Source: Mobula hypostoma
Taxonomy: Eukaryota
DNA length: 64,000 bases
Assembly: GCF_963921235.1 (NCBI RefSeq)
Contig: NC_086097.1
Span: forward strand, 99,078,001 to 99,142,000
Direction: 5' to 3'
The translations under genes and the position numbers were made by a program. The notes beneath the pieces are model-generated. The model searched no databases. It was not told the origin of the DNA and saw only the letters and a program-made list of their open reading frames with translations. Every line of letters begins with the position of its first letter. The stretch's first letter is position 1. This document shows positions 15,001-30,000 of this stretch, piece after piece.

Positions 15001-18000
15001 GAGGAAGTGAGACAGGTGAAGGTATGCAGCACGTGGACAGAGGAAATGAGACAGGTGAAGGTATGCAGCGCGTGGACAGAGGAAGTGAGACAGGTGAAGG
15101 TATGCAGCACGTGGACAGAGGAAGTGAGACAGGTGAAGGTATGCAGCGAGTGGACAGAGGAAGTGAGACAGGTGAATGTATGCAGCGCGTGGACAGGAGG
15201 AGAATGAGACAGGTGAAGGTATGCAGCACGCGGACAGGAGGAGAATGAGACAGGTGAAGGTATGTAGCGCGTGGACAGAGGAAGTGAGACAGGTGAAGGT
15301 ATGCAGCGCGTGTACAGAGGGAGTGAGACAGGTGAAGGTATGCAGCGCGTGGACAGAGGAAGTGAGACAGGTGAAGGTATGCAGCGCATGGAGAGAGGAA
15401 GTGAGGCAGGTGAAGGTATGCAGCGTGTGGACAGGGAAAGTGAGACAGGAGAAGGTATGCAGCGCGTGGACAGAGTAAGTGAGACAGGTGAAGGTATACA
15501 GCACGTGGACGTAGGAAGTGAGACAGGTGAAGGTATGCAGCACGTGCACAGGAGGAGAATGAGACAGGTGAAAGTATGCAGCGCGTGGACAGAGGAAGTG
15601 AGACAGTTGAAGGTATGCAGCGCGTGGACAGAGGAAGTGAGACAGGTGAAGGTATGCAGCGCGTGGACAGAGGAAATGAGACAGGTGAAGGTATACACCG
15701 CGTGGACAGGAGGAGAATGAGACAGGTGAAGGTATGCAGCGCGTGGACAGGAGGAGAATGAGACAGGTGAAGGTATGTAGCGCGTGGACAGAGGAAGTGA
15801 GACAGGTGAAGGTATGCAGCGCGTGCACAGAGGAAGTGAGACAGTTGAAGGTATGCAGCGCCTGGACAGGAGGAGAATGAGACAGGTGAAGGTATGCAGC
15901 GTGTGGACAGAGGGAGTGAGACAGGTGAAGGTATGCAGTGCGTGGACAGTGGAAGTGAGACAGGTGAAGGTATGCAGCGCATGGACAGGAGGAGAATGAG
16001 ACAGGTGAAGGTATACAGCGCGTGAACAGGAGGAGAATGAGACAGGTGAAGGCATGCAGCGCGTGGTCAGAGGAAGTGAGACAGGTGAAGGTATGCAGCG
16101 CGTGGACAGAGGAAGTGAGACAGGTGAAGGTATGCAGCGCGTGGACAGAAGAAGTGAGACAGGTGAAGGTATACACCGCGTGGACTGGAGGAGAATGAGA
16201 CAGGTGAAGGTATGCAGCGAGTGGACAGGAGGAGAATGAGACAGGTGAAGGTATGCAGTGCATGGACAGAGGAAGTGAGACAGGTGAAGTTATGCAGCGC
16301 GTGCACAGAGGAAGTGAGTCAGGTGAAGGTATGCAGCGTGTGGACAGGAGGAGAGTGAGACAGGTGAAGGTATGAAGCGCGTGGACAGAGGGAGTGAGAC
16401 AGGTGAAGGTATGCAGCATGTGGACAGAGGAAGTGAGACAGGTGAAGGTATGCAGCGCGTGGACAGAGGGAGTGAGACAGGTGAAGGTATGCAGCGCGTG
16501 GACAGAGGGAGTGAGACTGGTGAAGGTATGCAGCGCGTGTACAGAGGGAGTGAGACAGGTGAAGGTATGCAGCGTGTGGACAGGAGGAGAATAAGACAGG
16601 TGAAGGTATGCAGCGCGTGGACAGGAGGAGCACGAGACAGGTGAAGGTATGCAGGGCGTGGACAGAGGGAGTGAGACAGGTGAAGGTATACAGCGCGTGG
16701 ACAGAGGAAGTGAGACAGGTGAAGGTATGCAGCGCGTGGACAGAGGGAGTGAGACAGGTGAAGGTATGCAGCGCGTGGACAGAGGATGTGAGACAGGTGA
16801 AGGTATGCAGCGAGTGGACAGAGGGAGTGAGACAGGTGAAGGTATGCAGCGCGTGCACAGAGGAAGTGAGGCAGGTGAAGGTATGCAGCGCGTGGACAGG
16901 AGGAGAATGAGACAGGTGAAGGTGTGCAGCACGTGGACAAAGGAAGCGAGACAGGTGAAGGTATGCAGCGCGTGGACATAGGAAGTGAGACAGTTGAAGG
17001 TATGCAGCGCCTGGACAGGAGGAGAATGAGACAGGTGAAGGTATGCAGCGTGTGGACAGAGGGAGTGAGACAGGTGAAGGTATGCAGTGCGTGGACAGTG
17101 GAAGTGAGACAGGTGAAGGTATGCAGCGCATGGACAGGAGGAGAATGAGACAGGTGAAGGTATACAGCGCGTGAACAGGAGGAGAATGAGACAGGTGAAG
17201 GCATGCAGCGCGTGGTCAGAGGAAGTGAGACAGGTGAAGGTATGCAGCGCGTGGACAGAGGAAGTGAGACAGGTGAAGGTATGCAGCGCGTGGACAGAAG
17301 AAGTGAGACAGGTGAAGGTATACACCGCGTGGACTGGAGGAGAATGAGACAGGTGAAGGTATGCAGCGAGTGGACAGGAGGAGAATGAGACAGGTGAAGG
17401 TATGCATTGCATGGACAGAGGAAGTGAGACAGGTGAAGTTATGCAGTGCGTGCACAGAGGAAGTGAGTCAGGTGAAGGTATGCAGCGCGTGGACAGGAGG
17501 AGAATGAGACAGGAGAAGGTATGCAGCGCGTGGACAGGAGGAGAATGAGACAGGTGAAGGTATGCAGTGCGTGGACAAAGGAAGTGAGTCAGGTGAAGGT
17601 ATGCAGCGCGTGGACAGAGGAAGTGAGACAGTGAAGGTATGCAGCACGTGGACAGAGGAAATGAGACAGGTGAAGGTATGCAGCGCGTGGACAGAGGAAG
17701 TGAGACAGGTGAAGGTATGCAGCACGTGGACAGAGGAAATGAGACAGGTGAAGGTATGCAGCGCGTGGACAGAGGAAGTGAGACAGGTGAAGGTATGCAG
17801 CACGTGGACAGAGGAAGTGAGACAGGTGAAGGTATGCAGCGAGTGGACAGAGGAAGTGAGACAGGTGAATGTATGCAGCGCGTGGACAGGAGGAGAATGA
17901 GACAGGTGAAGGTATGCAGCACGCGGACAGGAGGAGAATGAGACAGGTGAAGGTATGTAGCGCGTGGACAGAGGAAGTGAGACAGGTGAAGGTATGCAGC

Positions 18001-21000
18001 GCGTGTACAGAGGGAGTGAGACAGGTGAAGGTATGCAGCGCGTGGACAGAGGAAGTGAGACAGGTGAAGGTATGCAGCGCATGGAGAGAGGAAGTGAGGC
18101 AGGTGAAGGTATGCAGCGTGTGGACAGGGAAAGTGAGACAGGAGAAGGTATGCAGCGCGTGGACAGAGTAAGTGAGACAGGTGAAGGTATACAGCACGTG
18201 GACGTAGGAAGTGAGACAGGTGAAGGTATGCAGCACGTGCACAGGAGGAGAATGAGACAGGTGAAAGTATGCAGCGCGTGGACAGAGGAAGTGAGACAGT
18301 TGAAGGTATGCAGCGCGTGGACAGAGGAAGTGAGACAGGTGAAGGTATGCAGCGCGTGGACAGAGGAAATGAGACAGGTGAAGGTATACACCGCGTGGAC
18401 AGGAGGAGAATGAGACAGGTGAAGGTATGCAGCGCGTGGACAGGAGGAGAATGAGACAGGTGAAGGTATGTAGCGCGTGGACAGAGGAAGTGAGACAGGT
18501 GAATGTATGCAGCGCGTGTACAGAGGGAGAGAGACAGGTGAAGGTATGCAGCGCGTAGACAGAGGGAGTGAGACAGGTTAAGGTATGCAGCGCGTGGACA
18601 GAGGGAGTGAGACAGGTGAAGGTATGCAACGCGTGGACAGAGGAAGTGAGACAGGTGTAGGTATGCAGCGCATGGACAGGAGGAGAATGAGACAGGTGAA
18701 GGTATACAGCGCGTGGACAGGAGGAGAATGAGACAGGTGAAGGTATGCAGCACGTGGACAGAGGAAGTGAGACAGGTGAAGGTATGCAGCGCGTGGACAG
18801 AGGGAGTGAGACAGGTGAAGGTATGCAGCGCGTGGACAGAGGGAGTGAGACAGGTGAAGGTATGCAACGCTGGTACAGAGGGAGTGAGACAGGTGAAGGT
18901 ATGCAGCGTGTGGACAGGAGGAGAATAAGACAGGTGAAGGTATGCAGCGCGTGCACAGAGGAACTAAGTCAGGTGAAGGTATGCAGCGCGTGGACAGGAG
19001 GAGCATGAGACAGGTGAAGGTATGCAGCGCGTGTACAGAGGGAGTGAGACAGGTGAAGGTATGCAGCGCGTGGACAGAGGGAGTGAGACAGGTGAAGGTA
19101 TACAGCGCGTGGACAGAGGAAGTGAGACAGGTGAAGGTATGCAGCGCGTGGACAGAGGGAGTGAGACAGGTGAAGGTATGCAGCGCGTGGACAGAGGAGG
19201 TGAGACAGGTGAAGGTATGCAGCGCGTGGACAGAGGGAGTGAGACAGGTGAAGGTATGCAGCGCGTGCACAGAGGAAGTGAGGCAGGTGAAGGTATGCAG
19301 CACGTGGACAGGAGGAGAATGAGACAGGTGAAGGTGTGCAGAGCGTGGACAAAGGAAGCGAGACAGGTGAAGGTATGCAGCGCGTGGACAGAGGAAGTGA
19401 GACAGGTGAAGGTATGCAGCGCCTGGACAGGAGGAGAATGAGACAGGTGAAGGTATGCAGCGTGTGGACAGAGGGAGTGAGACAGGTGAAGGTATGCAGT
19501 GCGTGGACAGTGTAAGTGAGACAGGTGAAGGTATGCAGCGCCTGGACAGGAGGAGAATGAGACAGGTGAAGGTATGCCGCGTGTGGACAGAGGGAGTGAG
19601 ACAGGTGAAGGTATGCAGTGCGTGGACAGTGGAAGTGAGACAGGTGAAGGTATGCAGCGCATGGACAGGAGGAGAATGAGACAGGTGAAGGTATGCAGCG
19701 CGTGGACAGGAGGAGAATGAGACAGGTGAAGGTATGCAGTGCGTGGACAAAGGGAGTGAGTCAGGTGAAGGTATGCAGCGCGTGCACAGAGGAAGTGCTT
19801 CAGGTGAAGGTATGCAGCGCGTGGACAGGAGGAGAATGAGTCAGGTGAAGGTATGCAGCGCGTGGACAGGAGGAGAATGAGACAGGTGAAGGTATGCAGT
19901 GCATGGACAGAGGAAGTGAGACAGGGGAAGGTATGCAGCATGTGGACAGAGGAAATGAGACAGGTGAAGGTATGCAGCGCATGGACAGAGGAAGCGAGAC
20001 AGGTGAAGGTATGCAGCACGTGGACAGAGGAAGTGAGACAGGTGAAGGTATGCAGCGAGTGGACAGAGGAAGTGAGACAGGTGAATGTATGCAGCGCGTG
20101 GACAGGAGGAGAATGAGACAGGTGAAGGTATGCAGCACGCGGACAGGAGGAGAATGAGACAGGTGAAGGTATGTAGCGCGTGGACAGAGGAAGTGAGACA
20201 GGTGAAGGTATGCAGCGCGTGTACAGAGGGAGTGAGACAGGTAAAGGTATGCAGCGCGTGGACAGAGGAAGTGAGACAGGTGAAGGTATGCAGCGCATGG
20301 AGAGAGGAAGTGAGGCAGGTGAAGGTATGCAGCGTGTGGACAGGGAATGTGAGACAGGTGAAGGAATGCAGTGCGTGGACAGAGTAAGTGAGACAGGTGA
20401 AGGTATACAGCACGTGGACGGAGGAAGTGAGACAGGTGAAGGTATGCAGCACGTGCACAGGAGGAGAATGAGACAGGTGAAGGTATGCAGCGCGTGGACA
20501 GAGGAAGTGAGACAGTTGAAGGTATGCAGCGCGTGGACAGAGGAAGTTAGACAGGTGAAGGTATGCAGCGCGTGGACAGAGGAAATGAGACAGGTGAAGT
20601 TATACACCGCGTGGACAGGAGGAGAATGAGACAGGTGAAGGTATGCAGCGCGTGGACAGGAGGAGAATGAGACAGGTGAAGGTATGTAGCGCGTGGACAG
20701 AGGAAGTGAGACAGGTGAAGTTATGCAGCGCGTGTACAGAGGGAGAGAGACAGGTGAAGGTATGCAGCGCGTAGACAGAGGGAGTGAGACAGGTGAAGGT
20801 ATGCAGCGCGTGGACAGAGGGAGTGAGACAGGTGAAGGTATGCAACGCGTGGACAGAGGAAGTAAGACAGGTGTAGGTATGCAGCGCATGGACAGGAGGA
20901 GAATGAGACAGGTGAAGGTATACAGCGCGTGGACAGGAGGAGAATGAGACAGGTGAAGGTATGCAGCACGTGGACAGAGGAAGTGAGACAGGTGAAGGTA

Positions 21001-24000
21001 TGCAGCGCGTGGAGAGAGGGAGTGAGACAGGTGAAGGTATGCAGCGCGTGGACAGAGGGAGTGAGACAGGTGAAGGTATGCAGCGCATGTACAGAGGGAG
21101 TGAGACAGGTGAAGGTATGCAGCGTGTGGACAGGAGGAGAATAAGACAGGTGAAGGTATGCAGCGCGTGCACAGAGGAACTAAGTCAGGTGAAGGTATGC
21201 AGCGCGTGGACAGGAGGAGCATGAGACAGGTGAAGGTATGCAGCGCGTGTACAGAGGGAGTGAGACAGGTGAAGGTATGCAGCGCGTGGACAGAGGGAGT
21301 GAGACAGGTGAAGGTATACAGCACGTGGACAGAGGAAGTGAGACAGGTGAAGGTATGCAGCGCGTGGACAGAGGGAGTGAGACAGGTGAAGGTATGCATC
21401 GCGTGGACAGGAGGAGAATGAGACAGGTGAAGGTGCGCAGAGCGTGGACAAAGGAAGCGAGACAGGTGAAGGTATGCAGCGCGTGGACAGAGGAAGTGAG
21501 ACAGGTGAAGGTATGCAGCGCCTGGACAGGAGGAGAATGAGACAGGTGAAGGTATGCAGCGTGTGGACAGAGGGAGTGAGACAGGTGAAGGTATGCAGCG
21601 CGTGTACAGAGGGAGAGAGACAGGTGAAGGTATGCAGCGCGTAGACAGAGGGAGTGAGACAGGTGAAGGTATGCAGCGCGTGGACAGAGGGAGTGAGACA
21701 GGTGAAGGTATGCAACGCGTGGACAGAGGAAGTGAGACAGGTGTAGGTATGCAGCGCGTGGACAGGAGTAGACTGAGACAGGTGAAGGTATGCAGCGCGT
21801 GCACAGAGGAAGTGAGACAGGTGAAGGTATGCAGCGCTTGGACAGGAGGAGAATGAGACAGGTGAAAGTATGCAGCACGTGGACAGAGGAAGTGAGACAG
21901 TTGAAGGAATGCAGCGCGTGGACAGAGGAACTGAGACAGGTGAAGCTATGCAGCGCGTGGACAGGAGGAGAATGAGACAGGTGAAGGTATGCAGCACGTG
22001 GACAGAGGAAGTGAGACAGGTGAACGTATGCAGCACGTGGACAGGAGGAGAATGAGACAGGTGAAGGTATGCAGCGCGTGGACAGAGGAAGTGAGACAGG
22101 TGAAGGTATGCAGTGCGTGGACAGAGGAAGTGAGACAGGTGAAGGTATGCAGTGCGTGGACAGAGGAAGTGAGACAGGTGAAGGTATGCAGTGCGTGGAC
22201 AGAGGAAGTGAGACAGGTGAAGGTATGTAGCGCGTGGACAGAGGAAGTGAGACAGGTGAAGGTATGCAGTGCGTGGACAGAGGAGGTGAGACAGGTGAAG
22301 GTACGCAGCGCGTGGAGAGAGGGAGTGAGACAGGTGAAGGTCTGCAGCACGTGGACAGGAGGAGAATGACACAGGTGAAGCTATGCAGCGCGTGGACAGA
22401 GGAAGTGAGACAGGTGAAGGTATGCAGCGCGTGGACAGAGAAAGTGAGACAGGTGAAGGTACGCAGCGCGTGGAGAGAGGGAGTGAGACAGGTGAAGGTC
22501 TGCAGCACGTGGACAGGAGGAGAATGACACAGGTGAAGCTATGCAGCGCGTGGACAGAGGAAGTGAGACAGGTGAAGGTATGCAGCGCGTGGACAGAGAA
22601 AGTGAGACAGGTGAAGGTATGCAGCGCGTGGACGGGAGGAGAATGAGACAGTTGAAGGTATGCAGCGCGTGGACAGGAGGAGAATGAGACAGGTGAAGGT
22701 ATGCAGCGCGTGGACAGAGGAAGTGAGTCAGGTGAAGGTATGCAGCGCGTGGACAGGAGGAGAATGAGACAGGTGAAGGTATGCAGCGCGTGGACAGGAG
22801 GAGAATGAGACAGGTGAAGGTATGTAGCGCGAGGACAGAGGAAGTGAGACAGGTGAAGTTATGCAGCGCGTGTACAGAGGGAGTGAGACAGGTGAAGTTA
22901 TGCAGCGCGTGGACAGAGGGAGTGAGACAGGTGAAGGTATGCAGCGCGTGGACAGAGGGAGTGAGACAGGTGAAGGAATGTAGCGCGTGAACAGAGGAAG
23001 TGAGACAGGTGAAGGTATGCAGCGCGTGGACAGAGGAAGTGAGACAGGTGAAGGTATGCAGCGTGTGGACAGAGGGAGTGAGACAGGTGAAGGTATGCAG
23101 TGCGTGGACAGTGGAAGTGAGACAGGTGAAGGTATGCAGCGCATGGACAGGAGGAGAATGAGACAGGTGAAGGTATACAGCGCGTGAACAGGAGGAGAAT
23201 GAGACAGGTGAAGGCATGCAGCGCGTGGTCAGAGGAAGTGAGACAGGTGAAGGTATGCAGCGCGTGGACAGAGGAAGTGTGACAGGTGAAGGTATGCAGC
23301 GCGTGGACAGAAGAAGTGAGACAGGTGAAGGTATACACCGCGTGGACTGGAGGAGAATGAGACAGGTGAAGGTATGCAGCGAGTGGACAGGAGGAGAATG
23401 AGACAGGTGAAGGTGTGCAGCGTGTGGACAGAGGGAGCGAGACAGGTGAAGGTATGCAGTGCGTGGACAGTGGAAGTGAGACAGGTGAAGGTATGCAGCG
23501 CGTGGACAGGAGGAGAATGAGACAGGTGAAGGTATGCAGCGTGTGGACAGAGGGAGTGAGACAGGTGAAGGTATGCAGTGCGTGGACAGTGGAAGTGAGA
23601 CAGGTGAAGGTATGCAGCGCATGGACAGGAGGAGAATGAGACAGGTGAAGGTATACAGCGCGTGAACAGGAGGAGAATGAGACAGGTGAAGACATGCAGC
23701 GCGTGGTCAGAGGAAGTGAGACAGGTGAAGGTATGCAGCGCGTGGACAGAGGAAGTGAGACAGGTGAAGGTATGCAGCGCGTGGACAGAAGAAGTGAGAC
23801 AGGTGAAGGTATACACCGCGTGGACTGGAGGAGAATGAGACAGGTGAAGGTATGCAGCGAGTGGACAGGAGGAGAATGAGACAGGTGAAGGTATGCAGCG
23901 AGTGGACAGGAGGAGAATGAGACAGGTGAAGGTATGCAGTGCATGGACAGAGGAAGTGAGACAGGTGAAGTTATGCAGCGCGTGCACAGAGGAAGTGAGT

Positions 24001-27000
24001 CAGGTGAAGGTATGCAGCGCGTGGACAGGAGGAGAATGAGACAGGAGAAGGTATGCAGCGCGTGGACAGGAGGAGAATGAGACAGGTGAAGGTATGCAGT
24101 GCGTGGACAGAGGAAGTGAGACAGGTGAAGGTATGCAGCGCGTGGACAGAGGAAGTGAGTCAGGTGAAGGTATGCAGCGTGTGCACAGAGGAAGTGAGTC
24201 AGTTGAAGGTATGCAGCGCGTGGACAGAGGAAGTGAGTCAGGTGAAGGTATGCAGCGCGTGCACAGAGGAAGTGAGACAGGTGAAGGTATGCAGCGCATG
24301 GACAGGAGGAGAATGAGACAGGTGAAGGTATGCAGCGCGTGGACAGGAGGAGAATGAGTCAGGTGAAGGTATGCAGCGCGTGGACAGGGGGAGAATGAGA
24401 CAGGTGAAAGTTATGCAGCGCGTGGACAGGAGGAGAATGAGACAGGTGAAGGTATGCAGCGCGTGGACAGGAGGAGAATGAGACAGGTGAAGGTATGCAG
24501 TGCATGGACAGAGGAAGTGAGACAGGTGAAGGTATGCAGCACGTGGACAGAGGAAATGAGACAGGTGAAGGTATGCAGCGCATGGACAGAGGAAGTGAGA
24601 GAGGTGAAGGTATGCAGCACGTGGACAGAGGAAGTGAGACAGGTGAAGGTATGCAGCGAGTGGACAGAGGAAGTGAGACAGGTGAATGTATGCAGCGCGT
24701 GGACAGGAGGAGGATGAGACAGGTGAAGGTATGCAGCACGCGGACAGGAGGAGAATGAGACAGGTGAAGGTATGCAGCGCGTGGACAGGGAAAGTGAGAC
24801 AGGTGAAGGTATGCAGCGCGTGGACAGAGTAAGTGAGACAGGTGAAGGTATACAGCACGTGGACGGAGGAAGTGAGACAGGTGAAGGTATGCAGCACGTG
24901 CACAGGAGGAGAATGAGACAGGTGAAGTTATGCAGCGCGTGGACAGAGGAAGTGAGACAGTTGAAGGTATGCAACGCGTGGACAGAGGAAGTGAGACAGG
25001 TGAAGGTATGCAGCGCGTGGACAGAGGAAATGAGACAGGTGAAGGTATACACCGCGTGGACAGGAGGAGAATGAGACAGGTGAAGGTATGTAGCGCGTGG
25101 ACAGAGGAAGTGAGACAGGTGAAGGTATGCAGCGCGTGTACAGAGGGAGAGAGACAGGTGAAGGTATGCAGCGCGTAGACAGAGGGAGTGAGACAGGTGA
25201 AGGTATGCAGCGCGTGGACAGAGGGAGTGAGACAGGTGAAGGTATGCAACGCGTGGACAGTGGAAATGAGACAGGTGTAGGTATGCAGCGCGTGGACAGG
25301 AGTAGACTGAGACAGGTGAAGGTATGCAGCGCGTGCACAGAAGAAGTGAGACAGGTGAAGGTATGCAGCGCTTGGACAGGAGGAGAATGAGACAGGTGAA
25401 GGTATGCAGCACGTGGACAGAGGAAGTGAGACAGGTGAACGTATGCAGCGCGTGGACAGGAGGAGAATGAGACAGGTGAAGGTATACAGTGCGTGGACAG
25501 AGGAGGTGAGACAGGTGAAGGTATGCAGCGCGTGGACAGAGGAAGTGAGACAGGTGAAGGTATGCAGTGCGTGGAGAGCGAAGTGAGACAGGTGAAGGTA
25601 TGCAGTGCGTGGACAGAGGAAGTGAGACAGGTGAAGGTATGCAGTGCGTGGACAGAGGAAGTGAGACAGGTGAAGGTATGCAGTGCGTGGACAGAGGAAG
25701 TGAGACAGGTGAAGGTATGCAGAGCGTGGACAGAGGAAGTGAGACAGGTGAAGGTATGCAGTGCGTGGACAGAGGAGGTGAGACAGGTGAAGGTACGCAG
25801 CGCGTGGAGAGAGGGAGTGAGACAGGTGAAGGTATGCAGCACGTGGACAGGAGGAGAATGACACAGGTGAAGGTATGCAGCGCGTGGACAGAGGAAGTGA
25901 GACAGGTGAAGGTATGCAGCGCGTGAACAGAGAAAGTGAGATAGGTGTAGGTATGCAGCGCGTGGACAGGAGGAGAATGAGACAGGTGAAGTTATGCAGC
26001 GCGTGCACAGAGGAAGTGAGACAGGTGAAGGTATACACCTCGTGGACAGGAGGAGAATGAGACAGTTGAAGGTATGCAGCGCGTGGACAGGAGGAGAATG
26101 AGACAGGTGAAGGTATGCAGCGCGTGGACAGAGGAAGTGAGTCAGGTGAAGGTATGCAGCGCGTGGACAGTAGGAGAATGAGACAGGTGAAGGTATGCAG
26201 CGCGTGCACAGAGGAAGTGAGACAGGTGAAAGTATGCAGCGCGCGGACAAAAGGAGAATGAGACAGGTGAAGGTATGTAGCGCGTGGACAGAGGAAGTGA
26301 GACAGGTGAAGGTATGCAGTGCGTGTACAGAGGGAGTGAGACAGGTGAAAGTATGCAGCGCGTGGACAGAGGGAGTGAGACAGGTGAAGGTATGCAGCGC
26401 GTGGACAGAGGGAGTGAGACAGGTGAAGGAATGTAGCGCGTGAACAGAGGAAGTGAGACAGGTGAAGGTATGCAGCGAGTGGACAGAGGAAGTGAGACAG
26501 GTGAATGTATGCAGCGCGTGGACAGGAGGAGAATGAGACAGGTGATGGTATGCAGCACGCGGACAGGAGGAGAATGAGACAGGTGAAGGTATGTAGCGCG
26601 TGGACAGAGGAAGTGAGACAGGTGAAGGTATGCAGCGCGTGTACAGAGGGAGTGAGACAGGTGAAGGTATGCAGCGCGTGGACAGAGGGAGTGAGCCAGG
26701 TGAATGTATGCAACGTGTGGACAGACGAAGTGAGACAGGTGAATGTATGAAGCGCGTGGACAGAGGGAGTGAGACAGGTGAAGGTATGCAACGTGTGGAC
26801 AGAGGAAGTGAGACAGGTGAAGGTATGCAGTGCGTGGACAGAGGAGGTGAGACAGGTGAAGGTACGCAGCGCGTGGAGAGAGGGAGTGAGACAGGTGAAG
26901 GTATGCAGCACGTGGACAGGAGGAGAATGAGACAGGTGAAGGTATGCAACGTGTGGACAGAGGAAGTGAGACAGGTGAAGGTATGAAGCGCGTGGACAGA

Positions 27001-30000
27001 GGGAGTGAGACAGGTGAAGGTATGCAACGCGTGGATAGAGGAAGTGAGACAGGTGAAGGTATACACCGCGTGGACAGGAGGAGAATGAGACAGGTGAAGG
27101 TATGCAGCGCGTGCACATAGGAAGTGAGTCAGGTGAAGGTATGCAGCGCGTGGACAGGAGGAGAATGAGACAGGTGAAGATATGCAGTGCATGGACAGAG
27201 GAAGTGAGACAGGTGAAGGTATGCAGCGCGTGGACAGGAAGAGAATGAGACAGGTGAAGGTATGCAGCGCGTGGACAGGAAAAGAATGAGACAGGTGAAG
27301 CTATGCAGCACGTGGACAGAGGAAGTGAGACAGGTGAAGGTATGCAGCACGTGTACAGAGGGAGTGAGACAGGTGAAGGTATGCAGCGCGTGGAGAGAGG
27401 GAGTGAGCCAGGTGAAGGTATGCAACGCGTGGACAGAGGAAGTGAGACAGGTGAAGGTATGAAGCGCGTGGACAGAGGGAGTGAGACAGGTGAAGGTATG
27501 CAACGCGTGGATAGAGGAAGTGAGACAGGTGAAGGTATACACCGCGTGGACAGGAGGAGAATGAGACAGGTGAAGGTATGCAGCGCGTGCACATAGGAAG
27601 TGAGTCAGGTGAGGGTATGCAGCGCGTGGACAGGAGGAGAAAGAGACAGGTGAAGATATGCAGTGCATGGACAGCGGAAGTGAGACAGGTGAAGGTATGC
27701 AGCGCGTGGACAGAGGGAGTGAGACAGGTGAAGGTATGCACCGCGTGCACGGAGGAAGTGAGGCAGGTGAAGGTATGCAGCGCGTGGACAGGAGGAGAAT
27801 GAGACAGGTGAAGGTGTGCAGCGCGTGGACAAAGGAAGCGAGACAGGTGAAGGTATGCAGCGCGTGGACAGAGGAAGTGAGACAGGTGAAGGTATGCAGC
27901 GCCTGGACAGGAGGAGAATGAGACAGGTGAAGGTATGCAGCGTGTGGACAGAGGGAGTGAGACAGGTGAAGGTATGCAGTGCGTGGACAGTGTAAGTGAG
28001 ACAGGTGAAGGTATGCAGCGCATGGACAGGAGGAGAATGAGACAGGTGAAGGTATACAGCGCGTGAACAGGAGGAGAATGAGACAGGTGAAGGCATGCAG
28101 CGCGTGGTCAGAGGAAGTGAGACAGGTGAAGGTATGCAGCGCGTGGACAGGAGGAGAATGAGACAGGTGAAGGTATGCAGTGCTTGGACAGAGGAAGTGA
28201 GACAGGTGAAGGTATGCAGCACGTGGACAGAGGAAATGAGACAGGTGAAGGTATGCAGCGCATGGACAGAGGAAGTGAGACAGGTGAAGGTATGCAGCAC
28301 GTGGACAGAGGAAGTGAGACAGGTGAAGGTATGCAGCGAGTGGACTGAGGAAGTGAGACAGGTGAATGTATGCAGCGCGTGGACAGGAGGAGAATGAGAC
28401 AGGTGAAGGTATGCAGCACGCGGACAGGAGGAGAATGAGACAGGTGAAGGTATGTAGCGCGTGGACAGAGGAAGTGAGACAGGTGAAGGTATGCAGCGCG
28501 TGTACAGAGGGAGTGAGACAGGTGAAGGTATGCAGCGCGTGGACAGAGGAAGTGAGACAGGTGAAGGTATGCAGCGCATGGAGAGAGGAAGTGAGGCAGG
28601 TGAAGGTATGCAGCGCGTGGACAGGGGAAGTGAGACAGGTGAAGGTATGCAGCGCGTGGACAGAGTAAGTGAGACAGGTGAAGGTATACAGCACGTGGAC
28701 GGAGGAAGTGAGACAGGTGAAGGTATGCAGCACGTGCACAGGAGGAGAATGAGACAGGTGAAGGTATGCAGCGCGTGGACATAGGAAGTGAGACAGTTGA
28801 AGGAATGCAGCGCGTGGACAGAGGAAGTGAGACAGGTGAAGGTATGCAGCGAGTGGACAGAGGAAGTGAGACAGGTGAATGTATGCAGCGCGTGGACAGG
28901 AGGAGAATGAGACAGGTGAAGGTATGCAGCACGCGGACAGGAGGAGAATGAGACAGGTGAAGGTATGTAGCGCGTGGACAGAGGAAGTGAGACAGGTGAA
29001 GGTATGCAGCGCGTGTACAGAGGGAGTGAGACAGGTGAAGGTATGCAGCGCGTGGACAGAGTGAGTGAGCCAGGTGAATGTATGCAACGTGTGTACAGAG
29101 GAAGTGAGACAGGTGAAGGTATACACCGCGTGGACAGGAGGAGAATGAGACAGGTGAAGGTATGCAGCGCGTGCACATAGGAAGTGAGTCAGGTGAAGGT
29201 ATGCAGCGCGTGGACAGGAGGAGAATGAGACAGGTGAAGATATGAAGTGCATGGACAGAGGAAGTGAGACAGGTGAAGGTATGCAGCACGTGGACAGGAA
29301 GAGAATGAGACAGGTGAAGGTATGCAGCGCGTGGACAGGAAATGAATGAGACAGGTGAAGGCATGCAGCACGTGGACAGAGGAAGTGAGACAGGTGAAGG
29401 TATGCAGCGCGTGGACAGAGGGAGTGAGACAGGTGAAGGTATGCAGCGCGTGGACAGAGGGAGTGAGACAGGTGAAGGTATGCAGCGCGTGGACAGAGGG
29501 AGTGAGACAGGTGAAGGTATGCAGCGTGTGGACAGGAGGAGAATGAGACAGGTGAAGGTATGCATCGCGTGTACAGAGGAACTAAGTGAGGTGAAGGTAT
29601 GCAGCACGTGGACAGGAGGAGCATGAGACAGGTGAAGGCATGCAGCGCGTGGACAGAGGGAGTGAGACAGGTGAAGGTATACAGCGCGTGGACAGAGGAA
29701 GTGAGACAGGTGAAGGTATGCAGCGCGTGGACAGAGGGAGTGAGACAGGTGAAGGTATGCAGCGCGTGGACAGAGGAGGTGAGACAGGTGAAGGTATGCA
29801 GCGCGTGGACAGAGGGAGTGAGACAGGTGAAGGTATGCAGCGCGTGGACAGAGGAGGTGAGACAGGTGAAGGTATGCAGCGCGTGGACAGAGGGAGTGAG
29901 ACAGGTGAAGGTATGCAGCGCGTGAACAGAGGAAGTGAGGCAGGTGAAGGTATGCAGCGCGTGGACAGGAGGAGAATGAGACAGGTGAAGGTATGCAGCG

